Below are positions 49,002 to 56,462 of a stretch of 64,000 nucleotides of DNA, piece by piece. The stretch's first letter is position 1; each line of letters begins with the position of its first letter. Source of the stretch: Clostridia bacterium (GTDB taxonomy: Bacteria > Bacillota > Clostridia > TANB77 > CAG-465); NCBI GenBank assembly GCA_045652705.1, contig JAZRUV010000013.1, positions 2,478 to 66,477 on the forward strand, read 5' to 3'. The notes under the pieces were generated by a model. It was not told the origin of the DNA. It saw only the letters and a list, made by a program, of their open reading frames with translations, and did not search any database. Made by a program: the position numbers and the translations under genes.

Positions 49002-50648
49002 ATGGACGAATTTGAAGTAGATGATTTAATAGACAAAGAATATAGACAAGATGAAGAAGTTGTAGAAAATCACGAGATAAATAAAATTATTACAAACTTA
49101 CAGTTATATTCTAATAATATAGAAATGCTTACTAAATTATATACAGATATATTAGAAGACGATAACGTTGTATATATAATGACAAGAATAAGTCAAAATC
49201 AGGTATTTATGAAACACTTCCCAGAGTTTTATGAGAAAAATTTAAATGGGGAAAGTGTTATAAATTGTCAGCAAAATAGTAGGTACCATAGATATGGTGT
49301 ATTCAAACATATTTTGTATACTATTGAAAATGTCGGAAGAGACAGCTTAAAGTTTAGTTCGCACGATATGAAAATATTAAAATGGACTATGTTTCTTCAT
49401 GACATAGGAAAACCAATGTCTAAAACAATAAATAGTGAAGGTTTTGATTCTTTTGCGGGGCATGATGACATGTCAGTCGTTCTTGCGGACAAAATATTAA
49501 ACAGATTTGATTTTGACGAAGTAGACAAAAAGATAATATTAACCTTAATAAAATATCATGATAGATATTTAAATGAGGGTGATTTAACATATGAAAACTT
49601 AAGCTTTTTAGCACAAGAGTTAGAGGACAAAAAGGATTTGTTTTATCTTTTAATTGAAGTAAAACTTGCAGACAATAGAGCTAAAAGTGTAGATGTATAT
49701 AATAAATTTATGACTGTCGTAGGAAAATATTATGATTTTGCAAATGAGTATTTTTCTCACGAAGAAACGAATAAAATGTTTGCAAGTATTGATGGAGAGG
49801 AAAGCATAACAGGAACAAGGTCAAATATTAATACGGTGTTAGATTTATCTGAAAGAGGCGTATATAAGGAGGGCGGAAGTGATGAAGATTTAACGGAAAA
49901 AATAATAGCAGATTTAACTAAAGATATAACACTAGGGAAAAGACTTAAATGTTATTACCAAGCGGTAGTAGATTTGAAGAAACGTCAAGTAAATGGGTAT
50001 GAGGTTTATTATAAAATAGTAACGGACGAAGATTTCTCTTACAAACAAATTATAAGAAAAGCAAAAGAATTCGGTAAATACGATAAACTTCAACAAATGC
50101 TTTTTGTAAATGCTTTGGAAAGATTTAATGAAATAAAAGGTAAACAAGATATAACAGAGTATATAAATATTGATGCGAAAAGCTATAAAAACTATGTGAA
50201 TAAAGCAAGAATATTTGACCTTATTGAAAAAAATAAAGTTGTTTTTGAATTTAATAATTTTGAAACATTAATAAACTCAAAAATAAAAGAATTATCGGAT
50301 GAAATATTTATAAGAAAAGGGAAAGTTGCAATAGATAATTTTGAATCAAGCAATAAAACTTTGAAAGATTTAGAGCAAATCGAACCAAAATATATAAAAT
50401 ACAAGTTAGAGAATACTGAAGAAAACACAAAACAACAATTACAAGAATTATCTACATTTTGTTTGTTAAACAGTATAAATTTAATAGTGTTTGGTATAGA
50501 CACAAAAGAATTGCTAGACTTTGCAATTGAATGTAATGTTAGATATGTACAAGGAACATATTTTGGTAAATATACAGACGGCTTAGATTTAGACTCCGAA
50601 AGAATTAACGAAATATTAGACGATTCTAAAGAAGAATTGATTGTTTAA
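49002..50648 (+). CDS. HD-domain protein fused to a degenerate EAL-like domain
   Basis: HD motifs H..GVFKH, FLHDIGKP, GHDD, KYHD. C-terminal YQAVVDL...NGYEVYYKI (EAL becomes EVY), INID, VAIDNFES (DDFG becomes DNFE), LIVFGIDT (EGVE becomes FGID), VQGTYFGK. ATG at 49002 follows AAAGGAGGAAAATC. Confidence 0.65.
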   Translation: MDEFEVDDLIDKEYRQDEEVVENHEINKIITNLQLYSNNIEMLTKLYTDILEDDNVVYIMTRISQNQVFMKHFPEFYEKNLNGESVINCQQNSRYHRYGVFKHILYTIENVGRDSLKFSSHDMKILKWTMFLHDIGKPMSKTINSEGFDSFAGHDDMSVVLADKILNRFDFDEVDKKIILTLIKYHDRYLNEGDLTYENLSFLAQELEDKKDLFYLLIEVKLADNRAKSVDVYNKFMTVVGKYYDFANEYFSHEETNKMFASIDGEESITGTRSNINTVLDLSERGVYKEGGSDEDLTEKIIADLTKDITLGKRLKCYYQAVVDLKKRQVNGYEVYYKIVTDEDFSYKQIIRKAKEFGKYDKLQQMLFVNALERFNEIKGKQDITEYINIDAKSYKNYVNKARIFDLIEKNKVVFEFNNFETLINSKIKELSDEIFIRKGKVAIDNFESSNKTLKDLEQIEPKYIKYKLENTEENTKQQLQELSTFCLLNSINLIVFGIDTKELLDFAIECNVRYVQGTYFGKYTDGLDLDSERINEILDDSKEELIV

Positions 50649-50699
50649 AAAATAACAAAATGAAATTTTAAAAATAAAAAAACTGCACATAATACAAAT

Positions 50700-51041
50700 A
50701 TGATATATGTTGGAAGTTTATTGTCAGGTGTTATAAATGGAGTGTTCGCTAGTGGAGCGGGGCAGATTATGGTGTTTTTATTAATATTTATTTTAAAAAT
50801 AGAAACGCATACTGCCAGAGCCACTAGTGTATTTTTAATGGGACTCGTTACAATCGTTACGTTTGTTAGATATTTAACATTTATAAAAGTGGAAATTTTA
50901 CACGTTATAGTTGTAGTTGTAACAGGCTTAATATTTGGAATAATAGGTTCTAAAATAATGAAGAAACTACAACCAGATTATTTAAATTTAATTTCTGGAA
51001 TCGTTGTAGCGGGCTTTGCTATATACAATATACTGAGGTAA
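50700..51041 (+). CDS. half-size TauE/SafE-family membrane protein (resembles the C-terminal half)
   Basis: 4 TM. GVINGVFASGAGQIMVFLL motif. No convincing RBS. Confidence 0.55.
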   Translation: MIYVGSLLSGVINGVFASGAGQIMVFLLIFILKIETHTARATSVFLMGLVTIVTFVRYLTFIKVEILHVIVVVVTGLIFGIIGSKIMKKLQPDYLNLISGIVVAGFAIYNILR

Positions 51042-51042
51042 A

Positions 51043-51423
51043 ATGTTAATACTAGTATCTATTATATCTGCGGTATTAGCGGGTATGGGAATTGGTGGCG
51101 GCGCTTTATTTGTAATACTTTCAACAATATTTTTAGATTTTGACCAAAAATATGCTCAAACAATAAATTTAATAATGTTTATGGCAGTTGGTATATCTGC
51201 AACAATATCTAATGTAAAGGATAAAAAGGTGGATTTTAAATTGGTTAAAAAGATACTTCCTATATTAATTGTTGGAGCACTTGTCGGAAGTTGGGTGGTT
51301 ACAAAAATTGAAAGCGAAAATTTAAAAACATATTTTTCATATTTTTTGGTGGGTGTTGGAATATATGAAATAATTACAAGTTTAAAAAGAATAAAAAAAG
51401 CAAAAAATAATACTAAACAATAA
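51043..51423 (+). CDS. half-size TauE/SafE-family membrane protein (resembles the N-terminal half)
   Basis: 4 TM. AVLAGMGIGGGALFVIL motif. Starts 1 nt after the upstream stop. Confidence 0.6.
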   Translation: MLILVSIISAVLAGMGIGGGALFVILSTIFLDFDQKYAQTINLIMFMAVGISATISNVKDKKVDFKLVKKILPILIVGALVGSWVVTKIESENLKTYFSYFLVGVGIYEIITSLKRIKKAKNNTKQ

Positions 51424-51441
51424 TTATGAAAGGAGAGTATT

Positions 51442-51588
51442 ATGGATTGTTTAAAAGGAATGTTGATTGGTATAGTTGTTGGAATAACAGCAGGTATGGT
51501 TATGGGAGCTTGTAATAGCACTATGATTTGTGATGCAATTAAACAAGGAAAAAAAGAGATAAGAAGATTCAAAAGAAAATATATGTAA
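51442..51588 (+). CDS. hypothetical 48-aa membrane mini-protein (below the ORF-track cutoff)
   Basis: Own translation: MDCLKGMLIGIVVGITAGMVMGACNSTMICDAIKQGKKEIRRFKRKYM. AAAGGAGAG RBS lies 7 nt upstream. Confidence 0.45.
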   Translation: MDCLKGMLIGIVVGITAGMVMGACNSTMICDAIKQGKKEIRRFKRKYM

Positions 51589-51593
51589 ATTAA

Positions 51594-51621
51594 AAGCTGG
51601 TAGAGAATACTCTACCAGCTT
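51594..51621. terminator. hairpin terminator between convergent small genes
   Basis: AAGCTGGTAGAG-aata-CTCTACCAGCTT (12-bp perfect stem). The T-run is better on the reverse strand. Confidence 0.65.
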
Positions 51622-51671
51622 AAAAGTTGATTGCTATTCATATAATTTTGTTTATGACAATAAAAAATCAT

Positions 51672-51854
51672 TTAAAGAAGAATGATTAAAAATGACAGAG
51701 ACAAAACAAATAATATAAAAACAATAAAACAACTGATGTTTAATAATTTGAAAAACTTAATAATTAACCAAATAATGCCACAACTTATTAACATCACAAT
51801 TCCTAAAGATATGAGGGCTAACAAAGCAAAGGGCAACAATATAAAAACTTCCAT
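51672..51854 (-). CDS. hypothetical 60-aa hydrophobic mini-protein
   Basis: AGGAGGAGCAT RBS (rc) immediately upstream. Two predicted TMs. Confidence 0.4.
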   Translation of the reverse strand: MEVFILLPFALLALISLGIVMLISCGIIWLIIKFFKLLNISCFIVFILFVLSLSFLIILL

Positions 51855-51971
51855 ATGCTCCTCCTAAAAATAATTATTAAAGGATTTAAAAAACTGATTA
51901 ACTATATTATAGCATATGTGTCAAGGTGAAAGGATGAGCAGGACACAAATATACAAATTTTCTTAAATTAC

Positions 51972-52000
51972 TTGCTATTGTAACTGATTTATAGTAAAAT
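51972..52000 (+). promoter_or_regulatory. sigmaA-type promoter of the 52047-55218 operon
   Basis: TTGCTA at 51972-51977, 17-nt spacer, TAAAAT at 51995-52000. Confidence 0.5.
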
Positions 52001-52046
52001 ATTTGTGTGAAAAAATAATTATAGGGTAATGAATGGAGGATTTTTC

Positions 52047-52376
52047 ATGGTATATAATAAAATTATGAAGACATGTATATGGATAGCTGTTATAGCTCTT
52101 ATTGCGTCTACTGCTGTTTTTGCTACAACTGACCTAGCTGTAAAAGATAACCAAATAGTAGGAGGGGTAATGACAGTATTAAAATATGTACAAACATATT
52201 CTTGGCCTGTGGCTGTAATAGTATTAGTTTATGCATTATACCAATACTATGTTGTTGGTTCAGAAGCTTTTGAACAAAAAGTAAGTGGACAAAAATTAAT
52301 AGTAGGACTTTCAGTGTTTATGGCAATCATACAATGTTTACCGCTTGTATATGCTATAGTTACAATTGGATTTTAA
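52047..52376 (+). CDS. small secreted/membrane protein, 109 aa (signal peptide plus two hydrophobic helices; VirB2/Maff2-like architecture)
   Basis: ATG at 52047 follows TGGAGGA. Signal-like CIWIAVIALIASTAVFA, then helices WPVAVIVLVYALYQYYVV and LIVGLSVFMAIIQCLPLVYAIVTI. The similarity is in architecture only; no sequence homology is established. Confidence 0.55.
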   Translation: MVYNKIMKTCIWIAVIALIASTAVFATTDLAVKDNQIVGGVMTVLKYVQTYSWPVAVIVLVYALYQYYVVGSEAFEQKVSGQKLIVGLSVFMAIIQCLPLVYAIVTIGF

Positions 52377-52413
52377 TGAAAAATAATTAAACTTAAGATT
52401 AGGGTGGTTTTTA

Positions 52414-54144
52414 ATGAAAATATTATTTGGATTAAATAATGATGATACAGTCAAAGCCATTGTAAAATATTATGAAGATACGTATAAAGAAAAAGTAGAG
52501 TATAAAAATGTGTACTATTATAAACAAGCAGTACAAGAAATAAAAACAGGAGAATATGATAGACTTGTCATATTAGAAGATTTGGAAAAATACCCAAACA
52601 ATAACTATGCTCAAATTGATGACTTTATATTTAGAAATATTGATGCAATGACAGATGAATTTGACGCAAAAAATATAATATTCGTGGCTTCAGATAGACG
52701 TAAACTGGGCGACGAATTTTTGGCGAAGTTATTTAATATAGGTGTTTATACAGTTTTAACGGGAGACAGCAGAACTAAAAGCAAAGTTGCTGCAGCTATA
52801 AATTCACCTAAAATGAAAAAAGACGTAAAAAAATATTATGAAGATAGTGCAAGCAAAAATGTATATAGCAAAGTAGAAGTTTCGGAAATAGAGATACAAA
52901 GAATAATCACATATTATAAAAATCAAAATGGTAACACAGAAAAATATGTAGAGATTTTCGACAAAATTGGTACACAATATACAAATGAACAATTGAGAAT
53001 AATAATAGGATTTTTACCTGCTGCTGTAAAACAATATTTATTAGATAATAGTGACAGATATAAAGAAGTGTTGGCTAGTGGTGGTATTGTAATGCCAACA
53101 CCAACTGAAACAAACACTACAGTTGAAGGGGCAAAGGAAGTCGTTACAGTTGAAAAGCAACCTGAAATAATAGAAAGAATAGTTGTAAAGCAACAAAACA
53201 CGCAAGCACCTGTTCTTACTCAAGTTATGGAAAAAGAAGTTGTAAGAGCTGTTTATGAAGTGCCAAAAGACTATAAAAAAGTTGTTTGTATGGTTGGTGC
53301 TCCAAAAGTTGGAACAACATTTTGTATAAATGCCATAGCCACATCGTTATTTAGAAGAGATATAAAAGTGGGAATAGTAGATTTAACTCGTAAAAGAGAC
53401 TCATATACACTATATACTTACGATAACGAAGGCAAACGTGCTATAGCTGGCGAAAGCATGAAGTATGCTTCTAATGGTCTTAATGAACCATTAGTATATG
53501 GAAAATTAAGTGTATACACAGGAGTACCTGGAGAAGATAGAAAACAATATAATGCAGCCAATGTTGTAGAAACAGCAATGAACAATAACAGCGTTGTATT
53601 AATAGATTGCGATTTTTCTACACCAGTAGATTATTATAGACTCGCACAAGAAATATATGTTGTACAAGATATGGACGTTTTAAACGTAAATCTTATAACT
53701 ATATTCTTAAGAGAATTAAAAACTCGTGGAATTCCAATGAACAAGATTAGAGTAATAATTAATAAACACGTAAAATGTGCTCTGACTGCAAAAGATATAT
53801 TAGATGGTATAGCCACATACACAAGTCCAGACCTAAAAATGTTTGATGACTTGTTTACAGCATCAGAAATGACATATCACATCTTACCATTTGACCAAGA
53901 GAACTATACTAAATATGTTGAAATGATGTACAAGTATAGCAATACTTTTAATTCGTTCACTAGAGAGTTTAAAGAGAATTTAGACCAAATAGTAAATGCA
54001 ATATATCCAATAGGAATAACAAATTATTCTACAAATACATATAACAAAAGCAAACCTAAATCTAGAAATTTTGGCATATTTAAAAAAGCTAAGATGGCAG
54101 AGATGAATACGTCAAATGCTGGATTTGAAAAAGTAATCGAATAG
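52414..54144 (+). CDS. TadZ/CpaE-like protein: N-terminal receiver-like domain plus ParA/MinD-like domain with an aberrant Walker A
   Basis: N-terminus KILFGLNNDD..YDRLVILEDL..NIIFVASD..GVYTVLTG, a (beta-alpha)5 pattern without an obvious phospho-acceptor context. C-terminus KVVCMVGAPKVGTTFCINAIATSL..KVGIVDLT...VVLIDCDF..., where canonical proteins have KGGxGKTT. Confidence 0.6.
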   Translation: MKILFGLNNDDTVKAIVKYYEDTYKEKVEYKNVYYYKQAVQEIKTGEYDRLVILEDLEKYPNNNYAQIDDFIFRNIDAMTDEFDAKNIIFVASDRRKLGDEFLAKLFNIGVYTVLTGDSRTKSKVAAAINSPKMKKDVKKYYEDSASKNVYSKVEVSEIEIQRIITYYKNQNGNTEKYVEIFDKIGTQYTNEQLRIIIGFLPAAVKQYLLDNSDRYKEVLASGGIVMPTPTETNTTVEGAKEVVTVEKQPEIIERIVVKQQNTQAPVLTQVMEKEVVRAVYEVPKDYKKVVCMVGAPKVGTTFCINAIATSLFRRDIKVGIVDLTRKRDSYTLYTYDNEGKRAIAGESMKYASNGLNEPLVYGKLSVYTGVPGEDRKQYNAANVVETAMNNNSVVLIDCDFSTPVDYYRLAQEIYVVQDMDVLNVNLITIFLRELKTRGIPMNKIRVIINKHVKCALTAKDILDGIATYTSPDLKMFDDLFTASEMTYHILPFDQENYTKYVEMMYKYSNTFNSFTREFKENLDQIVNAIYPIGITNYSTNTYNKSKPKSRNFGIFKKAKMAEMNTSNAGFEKVIE

Positions 54145-54156
54145 GAGAAAAAAAGT

Positions 54157-55218
54157 ATGGAAGTTTTAATAATCTTTCTAGCACTAATTATAGTAGTACT
54201 TGCGGCATTTGCAATATTCCTTGTTAAGAGGAACAAATATTACAGTGTTGCAATAGGAAATATGTCAGGTATGGTAATAATGCAAAGAATGTTTGAACTT
54301 ATGGCATCACCAATACCGGCATCTAAGAAAATAGAAGAATTAAATAATATAATAATTGAAGTATTCAACAGTAAAAGTTCAACCATCTCTATATTTGATG
54401 GAATGAATTACGAAATAAAAGCAACTAATGTTGAAGCGACTTATGTAGATAGTATAAAAGCACTTGCCGAAGAGCAAGACTTCAAAAATAATGCGGCAAA
54501 TAACGTATCAAAATATTTAGTTGCAGCGGGTGGCAGAATTCTAGGATATAAATCTGCGATGGAAAGAAAAATACGTTCAGCGATGTTTTCGCCAATATAT
54601 TATAACGGAATGTATTTAGGATTTTGGCTATTAGAAGATGATGCTGAAAACGCATATGATTCAATATCTAAAGAAGAACTTGCAAAACTTAAAGATCATA
54701 TTGGGGTATTTATAGAAAATGTATTAAGCCAAGAATCTATTGAAAGCGCATATAATACAGATAAACAAACGGGTTTTTACAACAATTTATACTTGTACTC
54801 AACAGTTAGGCAACAAACAGCAAAGGAAGAAAATTCAGCACTTACACTTATGATACTTTCTAATCTCCCACAGATTAATGAAGAGTGTGGTAGAGAAGTT
54901 GGAAATAAACTGTTAGAAAAAGCAGCTAAATTAATGCAAGAAATATTTAATGAATCAAACATATTCGTAAGATATAGCGGAAGTAAATTCTGTATAGTAT
55001 CACCAGGATCAAGTACAGATGCGCTTCACGCAACTGTTGAAAGATACGTTACTAATTTGAAAATGCAAGAAGAAATAGTAGATGGCATGAAAGTGACATT
55101 GAATACAAATATAGTTATGAAAAATATACGTAAACAAAGTAACATTGAAAGAGAAATATCTAAAATGGCAGATTATGTAGAACATATGACTGAAGAGAAT
55201 ACAATAAAAATTATTTAA
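54157..55218 (+). CDS. membrane-anchored sensor-like protein with a degenerate GGDEF domain
   Basis: N-terminal TM. The C-terminal DKQTGFYNNLYL...LTLMILSNLPQINEECGREVGNKLL...FVRYSGSKFCIV aligns to D.LTGL.NR...DiD.FK.iN...G...GD..L...R.GGDEF. GGDEF is replaced by SGSKF and the metal-binding Asp is lost. Confidence 0.65.
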   Translation: MEVLIIFLALIIVVLAAFAIFLVKRNKYYSVAIGNMSGMVIMQRMFELMASPIPASKKIEELNNIIIEVFNSKSSTISIFDGMNYEIKATNVEATYVDSIKALAEEQDFKNNAANNVSKYLVAAGGRILGYKSAMERKIRSAMFSPIYYNGMYLGFWLLEDDAENAYDSISKEELAKLKDHIGVFIENVLSQESIESAYNTDKQTGFYNNLYLYSTVRQQTAKEENSALTLMILSNLPQINEECGREVGNKLLEKAAKLMQEIFNESNIFVRYSGSKFCIVSPGSSTDALHATVERYVTNLKMQEEIVDGMKVTLNTNIVMKNIRKQSNIEREISKMADYVEHMTEENTIKII

Positions 55219-55248
55219 TATATATTGTATAAGAAAGGAGGAATAAAT

Positions 55249-55491
55249 ATGGAACAACATACAACCGTATTTAGTCCACAAAAGGAAGAGTCAAAAAGAG
55301 TAAAGGAAATAATGGAGCAAGTAGTGGCTGCGCTTAAAGATAAGGGCTATGAACCGGTAAGTCAAATTATTGGATATATTTTATCTGGCGACCCAACATA
55401 TATTACATCTCACAACAATGCAAGAGCTTTAATATGTAAAGTTGAAAGAGATGAACTTTTAGAAGAAATGATAAAAAAATATCTTAATTAA
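55249..55491 (+). CDS. ireB: IreB-family regulatory phosphoprotein (UPF0297)
   Basis: ..V..AL..KGY.PV.QI.GYILSGDPTYITSHNNAR.LI...ERDEL.EE. Conserved ireB-ruvX-DUF1292 order. Confidence 0.85.
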   Translation: MEQHTTVFSPQKEESKRVKEIMEQVVAALKDKGYEPVSQIIGYILSGDPTYITSHNNARALICKVERDELLEEMIKKYLN

Positions 55492-55501
55492 TAGGTGAAA
55501 T

Positions 55502-55912
55502 ATGGGCAAAATATTAGGAATAGACTATGGTGATGCGCGTGTAGGACTAGCAATTACAGATGCATTAAAAATTACGGCTCAGCCTATGGATACATTAGAA
55601 ATTCATGGTAATAGTGATTTGTTAATGGATAAAATAAAACAAATTATGAATGAGAGCAAATTAGAAGCTGTTGTAATTGGATATCCAAGACACTTAAATG
55701 GTGATATCTCTGAAACTGCTAAAAAAATAGATGATGTAATAGTTAAAATAGAAGCATTAGGATTAAAGGTAGTTAAATGGGATGAAAGACTTACTACGGT
55801 TATGGCTCACAAGACAATGCGAGACCTTGGTATAAAGCAAAAAGACAAAAAAATACACGCAGATAGACTTGCTGCTATGTATATATTAGAAGACTATATT
55901 AATAGTTTGTAA
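55502..55912 (+). CDS. ruvX: Holliday junction resolvase-like nuclease RuvX (YqgF)
   Basis: ILGIDYGDARVGLAITD, GYPRHLNGD, DERLTT. Confidence 0.9.
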   Translation: MGKILGIDYGDARVGLAITDALKITAQPMDTLEIHGNSDLLMDKIKQIMNESKLEAVVIGYPRHLNGDISETAKKIDDVIVKIEALGLKVVKWDERLTTVMAHKTMRDLGIKQKDKKIHADRLAAMYILEDYINSL

Positions 55913-55972
55913 ATTTTAGGAATATTGCTATATAAAATAGCAAATAATATTAAAAAGTAGGAGGAATTAAAA

Positions 55973-56317
55973 ATGGATGAAAGAGAAGAATTAGAATGCA
56001 CACACTCTTGTGCAACTTGTGGTGGATGTGGACACGACCACGATGAAATGGACGAAATGGAAACAGGTATAATAACATTTGTTGACGATGAAGGAAACGA
56101 TGTTAGATTTGAAATACTAGATGTAGTAACTCTAGACGAAAAAGAATATTTAGTCGTATTACCAATTGACGAAGTTGATTCAGGAGTATTAATTCTTGAA
56201 ATAAAACAAGAAGATAATGAAGAAGTATACGACACTGTAACTGATGATGAAGAAGCAGAAAGAGTTTTCAAAAAATTCCAAGAAGAATATGGCGAAGATG
56301 ATGAAGAAGAGGAATAA
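55973..56317 (+). CDS. DUF1292 domain protein with an N-terminal Cys/His-rich segment
   Basis: ITFVDDEGNDVRFEILDVVTLDEKEYLVVLP core. N-terminal CTHSCATCGGCGHDHDE. Confidence 0.8.
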   Translation: MDEREELECTHSCATCGGCGHDHDEMDEMETGIITFVDDEGNDVRFEILDVVTLDEKEYLVVLPIDEVDSGVLILEIKQEDNEEVYDTVTDDEEAERVFKKFQEEYGEDDEEEE

Positions 56318-56344
56318 TGAGAAAAAGATTAAATTACATGATGG

Positions 56345-56378
56345 AGTGTAGGAAAGTTTTATCCTACACTTTATTTTA
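56345..56378 (+). terminator. rho-independent terminator
   Basis: AGTGTAGGA-aagtttta-TCCTACACT followed by a T-rich tail. Confidence 0.75.
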
Positions 56379-56462
56379 TTAGTTTAAAAGCAAACATGTT
56401 ATGTATACAAATATATGAGTAAAATTTAAGGTGGCAAAAAATAAAATAAATTGAAAAAAGAG

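Noticed and set aside
29662-54144. Interpreting the coupling protein (29662), the VirB2/Maff2-like mini-protein (52047) and the ParA-like protein (52414) as one integrative conjugative element.
   Set aside because: They are separated by more than 20 kb of core ribosomal, sporulation and tRNA-modification genes. No relaxase, VirB4, VirB6 or integrase gene occurs in the window.
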